This document shows positions 15,504 to 24,557 of a stretch of 64,000 nt of DNA, in pieces (position 1 is the first letter of the stretch; each line of letters starts with the position of its first letter). Source of the stretch: a virus. Position numbers and translations under genes: made by a program. The stretch covers positions 1 to 64,000 of the IMG/VR virus record IMGVR_UViG_3300040759_000032; one strand, 5' to 3'. Under the pieces are notes generated by a model, which saw only the letters and a program-made list of their open reading frames with translations, was not told the DNA's origin and did not search any database.

Positions 15504-16876
15504 GTGCTCTCCTCCGTTGCTGTTGCCTGCTTGGCTGATTGATGGTTCTTGCCGAACAGCTCCCCGGCGTGATGCCGCCGCCAGACCTCAAGGGCTTCCT
15601 GGCGGAGCGTCATGCCGGGCGTCTCCGTGGTCCCGCCGTGGCAGGAGCACCGGCCCTCATGGTGGGCGAGGCCGCCGACGACATTCCGAAACTGGCACTC
15701 TTTATGCACGTGCGCGATGCGCGCGCCCTCCGTGGTCACGGCCACGGTCGCCTGGCCGGAGTCTCCTGCCGCCTGGTCGAACGGCTCCTCGCAGAGCAGG
15801 CACGACTCGCCTGCCGGGAATTCCTTGCGCATCTCCTCGATGAGACCGCCGGCCTCGTCGTAGCAGACGTACGACCACCACGGCTCGCCGAACCAGCCCC
15901 ACTGCTCGCGGCGGACCTCGATCGGGAGGTCGTCGAAAGGCGTCGTCATGGCGCGGCTTCCTCCCGGACAGGTGCCGGGACCCGCCCGTCGCAGGGATCC
16001 CCGGTCGGCCTCCCCGGGCGCCACCCGTACAGGCCGCAGTCGGGACACTTCGCGGCGCCCCAGCCTTTGAGTATCCGCCGTTCGGCCGCCTCGCTCGCGT
16101 CTCCGTAACCGGACGGCAGCGGGTAGTCGTGCAGCTCGTTCGGGCAGTCATCGCGGGGACCGGAGGTCATGTCGCTCAGGCACAGGTGGACGCGGGGGCC
16201 GACGAGGCGGGGCTTGCGCGGGCCGGTCACGTCGCGGTCCCCCCTGTCTCCGGGTCATGCCATTCGCCGGGCGGTTTCGCCTCACCGTGGAGCCAGAACA
16301 GGGCGGGGTCGCCCTCGATCCGGCGGACCAGCTCCGGCGGCGCCGGGCTGGCGGACAGGGCGTGACGGAGCAGCTCACGGGCGATCCCGCGCGCCTGGTC
16401 CACCCAGGGCTCCGGCAGGCCCCGGGGGGAGGCGGGGTGGCAGCCGTGCGAGCAGGGACCGTCGCAGTACTTGCAGGTGCTCCGGCAGGCGCCGCACTCG
16501 CCGTGAAAGCACGCCGTCGAGACGTAGGCGTGCGGGACCGCGGCGAGGTCCGGAGCCGACGGGGGCAGGTGCGGCAGCGCCGCCTCGAGCACCCGCCGGA
16601 ACAGGGCCTCGTCCGACAGGACCGTCGGCTCGGGCCGGTCGGAGAGCAGGCGCGCGTGCTCGACTAGCGCGGCCCTGACTGCGGCGTCGGGGATCTCGGC
16701 CAACGTTCTTCCTCTCGTTCGGTGCGGGCAGTGGCGTGCGAGATGCCAGGCCCCGGGCGCGCGGTCCCCGGTCCAGTCATGGCATCGTCCGCAATAGCGC
16801 TGAGCGACGTCGTTCGGCTCGCGGGAGACGGCCCCGCAGCAGGGGCAGGTGAAGGAGGGCAGGTCGGGCGCGGCGC

Positions 16877-17356
16877 TCACGTCGACGTCCCGCCGATGTC
16901 CTGCGCCGCCGCCATGCCGGGATCGCAGCCCGGATCGCCGGGGAACCGCCCGCGCGGGTCCGGCCACACGATCTGCCGAACGGGAACCGCCTTCCCGTAG
17001 AAGCGGTTCGAGACCGCGAACGAGAGGCGGCAGAACGCGGGGGCGACGTCGCGCACCCGCACCAGGAAGCCTTCGGCGATCCTGTCGTAGTAGCCGCCCG
17101 GCTCCAGCGGGCCTTCCTCGGCGATACGGTCCACCGCGGCCTGCAGCACGCCGTGCGCCGACTCCGGCGGGAGTCCCGCGATCACCAGCTCGGGATGCCC
17201 GTACGTCGCCGTCAGGCCCGTCGTGTAGATGTAGGAGGGCTGGCCGGGGGCCTCGAAAACGCCGGTCGCGTGCCAGCCGACGTTGCGGATGCTCTCCCGG
17301 CACGTGTGCATGACCACCTCGGGCGAGGGGGCGGAGCACCTGTCATCGTGGGGCAT
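16877..17356 (-). CDS. DUF4262-like protein
   Basis: GWHATGV...SYIYTTGL...GHPELVIAGL ... QIVWPDPRGRFP. Confidence 0.8.
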   Translation of the reverse strand: MPHDDRCSAPSPEVVMHTCRESIRNVGWHATGVFEAPGQPSYIYTTGLTATYGHPELVIAGLPPESAHGVLQAAVDRIAEEGPLEPGGYYDRIAEGFLVRVRDVAPAFCRLSFAVSNRFYGKAVPVRQIVWPDPRGRFPGDPGCDPGMAAAQDIGGTST

Positions 17357-18732
17357 CAGATCGCCTTCTCTCGCGCTTCCAGCCAGGCGACCGCCCCGGC
17401 CTCGTCTTCGAACTCCCCGGCGTCCTGCGCGGCGAGGGCTTCGGCCAGGATCGGCTTGAACGCCGGCCCTGGCTTCATCCCCGCCCCGATCAGGTGATCG
17501 CCGGTCAGCAGCCCCTTGGCCGGGCGCTCCTGCACCTTCAGGTCGCGCCCGACTTCGAGCCACAAGCGCGCCGGGCTGAGGGCCGCAGGATTGCCGCGCC
17601 CCTTGGCGTCGGCCGCGCACACCATCGCGAGCTCGGTCAGGGTCGCGGGCGCCAGCCGCCGCACGAGCCTGCGCACCGCGGGCTTCGTCGGGCGGCCGAA
17701 GCAGTTCATGTGCTCGGCGATCAACGGGAGGATCCGGGCGATGATCGCCTCAGGGCAGCCGATCGACTGGAGGAACGACCGCGCGGGCTCGACGCCTGCT
17801 TCCGCATGCCCGTGGGAGGTGATCCGGCCCCCGATGGTTTGCGTGTGCGTGACCTTGCCGATGTCGTGCAGCAGGGCCGCGAACACGATGACGAGCCGGT
17901 CCGTTCCCGTCAGCCCTGCTTCGTCGGCGAGGCGGGCGGCCTGGTCGGCGGTGAGGCCGGCGTGCGTCCAGACGTCTCCCTCCGGGTGCCACTGAGGGTC
18001 CTGGGCGACGCCGTGCATGTACGCGAGCTCGGGATAGCGCGCGTCCCACCAGGTGTCGCGCAGGACCGCCAGCGCGCGGCTGATGTGCGTCCCTCGCGTG
18101 CCGATCTTCTCCCACTCGCCCCAGACGCGCTCGATCGACAGCTCGGCGTACGAGCCCAGCAGGTCCCGGCACAGCCGGGCGGTCTCGGGAGCCATGGTGA
18201 AGCCGAACCGGGCCGCGAACTGGACGGCGCGGAGGACCCGCAGCGGGTCCTCTGCGAACGCCGGCGACGTATGCCGCAGGATGCCTGCCCGGAGGTCGTC
18301 AAGGCCGCCGTGGCAGTCGATTACCTGCTCGGTCGCGGGGTCGGCGATGAGCGCGTTGATCGTGAAGTCGCGGCGGGCGCTGGCCTCCTCGAAGCCGAGG
18401 TCGCTATCCGGGATCACGGTGAAGCCGCGGTGCCCGGCCGCGGCCTTGCTCTCACGGCGCGGGAGGGAGACGTCGACCTCGGTGCCGCCGGAGCGCACCT
18501 TGAGCACGCCGAACGACTTCCCGGCCTCGGTCACCTTCCCGACTCCGGCGAGCACGGCCGCAAGCTTGTCGGTGTCGGTGACTCCGTACACCTCGACGTC
18601 GTTGTCCTTCACCGGAAAGCCGAGCAGGGCGTCGCGGACGCACCCGCCGACCAGCATCGGCCGTCCGCCGATGCTGCGGATAGCGGCCAGCACCAGGACG
18701 AGGTCCGCATCCGGCCGGGGCGGCGGGATCAC
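17356..18732 (-). CDS. cca: CCA-adding enzyme / poly(A) polymerase family with HD domain
   Basis: VGGCVRD, DxD (KDND), RRDFTINAL, EDPLRVLR, LLHDIGK. Confidence 0.92.
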   Translation of the reverse strand: MIPPPRPDADLVLVLAAIRSIGGRPMLVGGCVRDALLGFPVKDNDVEVYGVTDTDKLAAVLAGVGKVTEAGKSFGVLKVRSGGTEVDVSLPRRESKAAAGHRGFTVIPDSDLGFEEASARRDFTINALIADPATEQVIDCHGGLDDLRAGILRHTSPAFAEDPLRVLRAVQFAARFGFTMAPETARLCRDLLGSYAELSIERVWGEWEKIGTRGTHISRALAVLRDTWWDARYPELAYMHGVAQDPQWHPEGDVWTHAGLTADQAARLADEAGLTGTDRLVIVFAALLHDIGKVTHTQTIGGRITSHGHAEAGVEPARSFLQSIGCPEAIIARILPLIAEHMNCFGRPTKPAVRRLVRRLAPATLTELAMVCAADAKGRGNPAALSPARLWLEVGRDLKVQERPAKGLLTGDHLIGAGMKPGPAFKPILAEALAAQDAGEFEDEAGAVAWLEAREKAI

Positions 18733-19442
18733 AGCCGGTCCCAGTACACGTAGCGGACCTGCTGCAGCCACGCTTCGGCCGCCGACTCGTCAGGGCGGTC
18801 CGGAAGCACGCCGGGCTTGTCGAACTGAGCCTCGGCGTATCGGAGATCGTTAACGGCAAGGTCCAGGTCGCCGTCTGCTATGCGCTCGCCGAAACTCTTG
18901 CACGCATCCGCCATGTCAGGTGAGAGCCTGATCGTCAACTTGGCCGTCCGGTGAAGCTCAAGGCCCTGCTCCAGCAGTCTGCGCAGGTGACGGGCGTGCT
19001 TCGCGGTCCGCTTCCTGGTGTCGGCCGAGAACGAGCCGTCACCCCGGTTCCGGATGCGCCCGAACTGCTGCGAGGCATAGCCGAGATAGGCGTTCCGGAC
19101 CGCCTTCGCCGACAGGAACGACGTCCGGATGCCGATGAGCGTCTCGCCGTCGGGCGTGATGACCTCGTGGTCGTTCAGCCAGAGCAGCTCCGTGACCGTC
19201 GGGTTGCAGCTCAGCAGCAGCGCGGCCAGCTTCCCCGCCTCGTGGTAGACGGCATCCGGCTTCGTGCTGACCCAGGTCGCGGCCTTCCCGGTCGGCAGGT
19301 GCAGCCCGTGGAACTGCGATGTCGGCGCGGCGTGGCAGCCGATCCTGTCCACGTCGGAGTCCTCGGTCGCCAGCCCGTAGGCGGTCGATCCGTTGATTCC
19401 CGCGAGCAGCACGTTCGGGGGCTGGTTGACCTCAGCGTCCAC
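18729..19442 (-). CDS. Pol-beta superfamily nucleotidyltransferase (RlaP/YcgL-like)
   Basis: GSTAYGLATEDSDVD, NPTVTELLW, KHARHLRRLL. Confidence 0.85.
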   Translation of the reverse strand: MDAEVNQPPNVLLAGINGSTAYGLATEDSDVDRIGCHAAPTSQFHGLHLPTGKAATWVSTKPDAVYHEAGKLAALLLSCNPTVTELLWLNDHEVITPDGETLIGIRTSFLSAKAVRNAYLGYASQQFGRIRNRGDGSFSADTRKRTAKHARHLRRLLEQGLELHRTAKLTIRLSPDMADACKSFGERIADGDLDLAVNDLRYAEAQFDKPGVLPDRPDESAAEAWLQQVRYVYWDRL

Positions 19443-19443
19443 G

Positions 19444-21585
19444 TCAGTCGCCCTTCACATTGACGATCTGCCGCAGCGTGTGACGGATCTCCACCAGGTC
19501 GGCAGCGTCGGCCATCACGACGTCGATCGGCTTGTAGGCGGAGGGGTGCTCGTCGAGGAAGGCGTCGGACCGTCCCCACTCGATGCCGCCCATCCGCTCG
19601 TCGAGGTCCGCGCGGGTGAACGTCTTCTCCGCCTGCTTGCGGCTGAGCTGGCGTCCCGCGCCGTGGGGTGACGAGCAGAGCGAGAGCTTGTTCCCCTTCC
19701 CTGCGACCACGTACGACGCGGCGCCCATCGAACCCGGGATGAGGCCGAGCTTTCCCTCGGTCGCGTCGATCGCGCCCTTCCGAGACAGCCAGACGTGACC
19801 GCTGCGGCCCTTCGGCCTCTTCCAGTAGTCGAGCAGGCCGCCGGTCATCTGCTCGGTGTAGTTGTGGTGGCACTGGATCGTGTCCTCGATCCGCACGCTG
19901 CCGCCCATGAAGTCCTCAAGGCAGCGGTGGGCGCGGTCGAGCATCTCCTCGCGGTTGAAGCGGGCGAATTCCTGTGCCCACCGCAGGTCGCGCAGGTAGT
20001 CCCAGAATTCCTGCTCACCTTCGACGAGGTAGGCGAGGTCCGGGTCCGGCAGGCTGATCCACCGGCGCTGGCACTGCTCCTGCGCGATCTTGATGTGCCG
20101 CGTAGCGAGCTTGTTGCCGACGCCGCGGCTGCCGCTGTGAAGGAACAGCCACACCCGGTCCTGCTCGTCGAGTGAGACCTCGATGAAGTGGTTGCCGCTC
20201 CCGAGCGACCCGAGCTGCAATCGCCAGTTCGCCGCCACCTGCTCGGCGCTGTCCAGGCCATCTCGCGCTTCAAGGTGGGCGATCAGGCTGCGGGTGTAAC
20301 GCCCGTCGTAGATCGCGTCGTTGTACTTCCCGGCCGATAGCGGGATGGCCCGCTCGATCGATTCGCGCAGTCGGCTGAGCGGCGGCGCGTCAGGGCCGGT
20401 CAGGTGCTCGCGGGTCAGCTCGGTGAGCGCGGCCATCATGCCGCAGTTGCCGGTCATGACGACGTTCCCGCCGCGTCGCATCACCCAGTAGCCGGACGGG
20501 ACCGTGAAGCAGTAGGCCCGGCCGTCATCGCTCGGCTCGACGGTGATCGGCGTCTTAGGAACGCTCCCCATGCCGACCATGGTGTTCGTGTTGGCGAAGA
20601 CCCGATAGTCGGTCTCGCCGTCGCGGTAGTGCTCATCGGAGCGCAGGACCGCCCGATAGCCGCACGCTGTGAAGGCGTACTGGATGAAGTCGGCCGAGGC
20701 CTGATCCCGGGTGTAGAAGCAGCGGTCGTCGAGGTTGCCGTCCCAACGCAGGCATTCGTCGGCGATGACCGCGAGTTGCTCGGCCGACGCGCCCCAGAAC
20801 AGGTCGTAGGACTTGGCCATGATCGGCGGATTGAACCTCATCGAAAATGTTCCGTCGCTGTTGTCGTGCTCAGTCCACGAGATTCCGGCGTCCGTGAGCA
20901 GTTCGCGAGCGCGGCCGATCTTGCGCTCCTTCTGCAGGTGGAGGACCGCTGCGCCGTGGTTTAGCGCGCTGTCGGCGTTGACCATCACCTGCACCCTGAT
21001 CTGCGCGTCCGACAAGCTCACCTTGGTGTCCAGGTCCGGTGTGAACACGGTGGCGAACTCGGCCTTGAAGCCCTGCTTCAGTCGACCGTGCTCGGCCGCG
21101 AAGTCGGCCGCCTGCATCACCGTCATCACGCGGCAGCGGGCACGGCCGGTGATCCTCCAGCACAGAACCCGGTGATCCGCCGAGAGCATCTGGTCGACGC
21201 CGTACTTGGTCTTCAGGCGGTAGAACTCGTCGCACTCCTTGACGATGTAGGCCGAGGGTTCCACGAGGCGGCCGGCCCCGGTGAACGGGTCGTACTGCAT
21301 GACCTTGCCGCCGTGGTAGTCGCCGATCTTGCGCCAGCCATCGGGCGACAGGTACTCACTGTCCCGGTCGACGCAGCCGATGTCGACGCCGACGGCGGCG
21401 GGGATGATCGCGCCGAGCGTCGGGATGACCGACCCGACTGTGGCACCGCGCCCCCAGTGGGCGTCCGGCATCACCGCCAGGTGGGGCCAGATGAAAGGCA
21501 TCGACGCGGTCGCCTCGGCCTGCTTGCGCGCGCCGTCCTCGAGGATCGACGCCCAGTTGAAAAGACTCTTGCTGATCTGCTCCAT
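19444..21585 (-). CDS. rtcB: RtcB RNA ligase containing an intein
   Basis: MPDAH, VGVDIG-C-GM (interrupted), GSGNHF, HSGSRG, HHNY, HGAGR, final VKG. Confidence 0.95.
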   Translation of the reverse strand: MEQISKSLFNWASILEDGARKQAEATASMPFIWPHLAVMPDAHWGRGATVGSVIPTLGAIIPAAVGVDIGCVDRDSEYLSPDGWRKIGDYHGGKVMQYDPFTGAGRLVEPSAYIVKECDEFYRLKTKYGVDQMLSADHRVLCWRITGRARCRVMTVMQAADFAAEHGRLKQGFKAEFATVFTPDLDTKVSLSDAQIRVQVMVNADSALNHGAAVLHLQKERKIGRARELLTDAGISWTEHDNSDGTFSMRFNPPIMAKSYDLFWGASAEQLAVIADECLRWDGNLDDRCFYTRDQASADFIQYAFTACGYRAVLRSDEHYRDGETDYRVFANTNTMVGMGSVPKTPITVEPSDDGRAYCFTVPSGYWVMRRGGNVVMTGNCGMMAALTELTREHLTGPDAPPLSRLRESIERAIPLSAGKYNDAIYDGRYTRSLIAHLEARDGLDSAEQVAANWRLQLGSLGSGNHFIEVSLDEQDRVWLFLHSGSRGVGNKLATRHIKIAQEQCQRRWISLPDPDLAYLVEGEQEFWDYLRDLRWAQEFARFNREEMLDRAHRCLEDFMGGSVRIEDTIQCHHNYTEQMTGGLLDYWKRPKGRSGHVWLSRKGAIDATEGKLGLIPGSMGAASYVVAGKGNKLSLCSSPHGAGRQLSRKQAEKTFTRADLDERMGGIEWGRSDAFLDEHPSAYKPIDVVMADAADLVEIRHTLRQIVNVKGD
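20446..21375 (-). mobile_element. Intein (310 aa) with LAGLIDADG-like remnant
   Basis: Starts CVDRDSEYLSPDGW, has block B DHRV, ends YCFTVPSG...VMTGN before extein Cys+1; VNADS and LRWDGN blocks. Confidence 0.9.
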
Positions 21586-22099
21586 AACTTCCTATCCTTC
21601 TGTGACCTTCAAAGGGGTTTCTGCCGAGCGTTCTCGCCGGTACGCCGCCACGGCCTCGGGGCCTGCGAACGGGAGCCCGGCCCGCCGGTTCTCGAGGTAC
21701 ACGGCCACCGCCCGGAGCCGGTCCGCGATCACCCTCGGCCCGCTGGCAAGCGTCCGCTCAGTCAGCACGCAGCGGGGAAGCGAGCCCACCCGGACGGTCC
21801 AGCCGACCACGTCGGCGTCGATGGCGGCTGCGATCTCGCGGAGCTCTGCGGGGTCGACAGTCGCGCCCCAGGCGGTCGCGCTCGTCATCGCCCTGCCTCC
21901 CCGGCGATCTCAGGGGCGGGCTCCGGCTCGCCCCGGACCTGCGCCAGCGTCCACTTCCCGATGAGCGTCACCGAGTCCACGTCACCGCACGCGCACCGGC
22001 GCAGGATCAAAGTCGTCGCCAGCCCGGTGCTGAACAGGGACACGTTGTTGTGCTGGACGGCCGCGGGCTGGCGGTCGTGCTCGTGCTTGCGAGGCCAGA

Positions 22100-22603
22100 T
22101 CACGACAGCCCCCGGAAGCTGCCGATCCACTGGCCGAAGGTGGGCACGGTCGCGTACCCGTACTCACGGCAGAACGCGGCGTAGGCCGCGCCTAGCGCCT
22201 GCAGGTCCTCCCCGCTCCCGAGCGCCCTCCTGGCCGCCTCCGGGGCGAGTTCGGCCTCAGCCTCGGCGCGGGCCTCGAGCGCCCACGTACGGGCCGCCAC
22301 AGCGGGCTCAAGGCATACGCGGGCCGCTTCCGCGTCGGTCTCGTACTGAGCGGTCTCAGCCGCGAGCCGGGCCCTCTCCCGGGCTGCCGCCTCGCGGATC
22401 GTCTCCCCGTCCACGGCCAGCTGATGGCGGCGCTCCTCGACGCCGGCCAGCGTCTCCTGAGCCTTCGCGTCCCGCTCCGCCGCGCTCGCCGAGTGCCCCG
22501 ATCCCCAGGTGTCGATCGACCGGCGCATAGCCGGGGCAAGCCAGACCACAAGCGTCATCAGCGGGATGAAGACCGCCGCCGCCACGATCAGGGTGTCAAT
22601 CAT
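22100..22603 (-). CDS. Membrane-anchored coiled-coil protein
   Basis: N-terminal TM, Ala/Glu/Arg-rich helix. Confidence 0.6.
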   Translation of the reverse strand: MIDTLIVAAAVFIPLMTLVVWLAPAMRRSIDTWGSGHSASAAERDAKAQETLAGVEERRHQLAVDGETIREAAARERARLAAETAQYETDAEAARVCLEPAVAARTWALEARAEAEAELAPEAARRALGSGEDLQALGAAYAAFCREYGYATVPTFGQWIGSFRGLS

Positions 22604-22859
22604 TTGCTCTCCTTCTCTCCGCCGATCAGTTCCGGTACCGCCTGGTTACCCGGCGTTCTCGTCCCGCCGGTCCTGCCCGCGCTCCCGGTCCCGCAGGAAT
22701 GCCGCCCGTGGTCCCGTCCCGGCGGCGGCTTGTGCACCCACCCCCCGCAGTAGGTGAGGTAGCCCTCGGCCCTCACAGGGCAGGGGATGACGGGCAGGCG
22801 GCAGAAGTGGCAGCGGGGAGTCTCGGCCGGGGCGGGCGCTGGCGCGGGCATGGTCTCGG

Positions 22860-24557
22860 TCACGGGCTTCCCGCCTCGATCGCGGCCTGCTCGGCCAAGG
22901 TCTCGTCCGGGAGCATCGCCGCCGCCCCTCCGGTGATCAGCTGCAGGGTCCGGAGCCGGGCGAGGGCGCCCCTGAATCCCCCGCTGGCCGGCGAGTAGCC
23001 CGCGGCCGCGGCGATGCCGTCATGAGACATGGGGACCGGCCACGAGTCGAGCAGCAGCTGCAGGACCGCCCCCTCGGCCTTGTTCAGGTATGCCATCCAG
23101 TAGTCGACGAGAGCGCGCCCGGTCGGCAGAGGGTCCCAGTCGCCAAGCGCGCCGCGGCCCGCTCCGGTGATCGTCACGGGATTGCCCCGGCCGATCAGCC
23201 CTGCGCTGCGCAGGCTGGCCAGGCTGGCCCGGAAGCCGCCGCTGTTGGCCGAGTACCGGGAGAGCATCGCGAGCTGTTTCATGCTGCGCCCGTCGGGGAA
23301 CTGGACGAGCACCGTCAGGATGGTCCGCTCAGCCTTGGTGAGCACGCCGCCAGACGGGGGCGCGGACGGCTCCTGGCGGCGCTGCGGCGCGATCTTCGGC
23401 CCCTGCGCGGGCTTCGGGGCGGCAGGCTGCGCGGGGACTGGGGCGGCCGTCCGGCTGAGCGCCAGCTCGAGGATCCCCGAGATGTCCCGCACGCTTGCGC
23501 CGAGATGCTCGAGCGCGGCGAGGTCGCCGGGCGTGAAGACGGGCACCTCGACGCGCTCGGGCTCGCGCTGATTCGCCTCGGCGAGCCGTGTCCGCAGCGC
23601 GGCCAGTTCCGAGCGGAGGCGCTGCACCTCGCCAGCGGTCGCGGCGTCCCCGTCCGGGTGCTCGCCTCCGCCGAGCGTCGCGGCCATCCGCTCGAGGTCG
23701 GCCGGGTTCACCGGGGCGAACTGGCGTGGCTCGATCAGCCGCTCGCCGACCTTCGGCGTGGCCGAGCTGTCGAACGTGCGCCGCGGCCGGACCTGGACCT
23801 TCCGCAGGATCTCCAGCCAGCCGGGCGACCAGAACCATGCGGTCCCCACCGCCATTTTCGGCAGCGTCGCCTTCAGGTCCCGGGCGTCCTCCTCGGAGGC
23901 CTGCACGCTGATCCACTCGTTGATCGCGTCGACGTCGAGTTTCCCGAGCAGCCGCATCGCGATCAGGACTTCCACCTGCGACCGGATCGCCGAGTTGAGC
24001 TGCGCGGGCCGCAGGGTGATGCTGGTCGACCCGATGCCGAACTTGCGGCCCCGGAGGACGATGTCCTCGTACGCGCCGAGCAGCCGCGCCATGTCCCTGT
24101 CGGCGCGCTGGGGCGCGAAGCGGTCGGCCTCGTCGATGATCAGGTGCAGGGGCTCGCGGTTCGCGCGGTACAGGCGCTCCATGAAGTCGGTGACGAACGC
24201 CCGCTGCTGCGTTTTCGACATCACGGACATGTCGATCACGACCGGGAGCCGCTCCGATGCGACCAGGCCGGCGACGGCCGCTCCTGATCGCGGGTCGAGC
24301 GGGAGGTCCGCGTGATCACCGCCGAGGATCGTGACGGGCAGCCCCGGGCCCTCGCCGTCGGCGGAGGACCGCAGCCCCCACCAGTCGCCCTTCGGGTCGA
24401 GCACGCACACCGGCTGGCCGGCCTCGATCAGCTCCTCGGCCAGCACCGTCCCGGTCGAGGTCTTCCCGACACCGCGCTTCCCGAAGACCAGGAACGTCTC
24501 CGTCACTGCGTCGATCGGGATCGCGAGATCGGCGGCGATCCGCAGTTCGCTAGCCAC
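22860..24557 (-). CDS. HerA/DUF87-like P-loop ATPase with C-terminal wHTH-like repeats
   Basis: GKRGVGKT Walker A, LDPKGDW, IIDEAD Walker B, RGRKFG. Confidence 0.85.
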   Translation of the reverse strand: MASELRIAADLAIPIDAVTETFLVFGKRGVGKTSTGTVLAEELIEAGQPVCVLDPKGDWWGLRSSADGEGPGLPVTILGGDHADLPLDPRSGAAVAGLVASERLPVVIDMSVMSKTQQRAFVTDFMERLYRANREPLHLIIDEADRFAPQRADRDMARLLGAYEDIVLRGRKFGIGSTSITLRPAQLNSAIRSQVEVLIAMRLLGKLDVDAINEWISVQASEEDARDLKATLPKMAVGTAWFWSPGWLEILRKVQVRPRRTFDSSATPKVGERLIEPRQFAPVNPADLERMAATLGGGEHPDGDAATAGEVQRLRSELAALRTRLAEANQREPERVEVPVFTPGDLAALEHLGASVRDISGILELALSRTAAPVPAQPAAPKPAQGPKIAPQRRQEPSAPPSGGVLTKAERTILTVLVQFPDGRSMKQLAMLSRYSANSGGFRASLASLRSAGLIGRGNPVTITGAGRGALGDWDPLPTGRALVDYWMAYLNKAEGAVLQLLLDSWPVPMSHDGIAAAAGYSPASGGFRGALARLRTLQLITGGAAAMLPDETLAEQAAIEAGSP

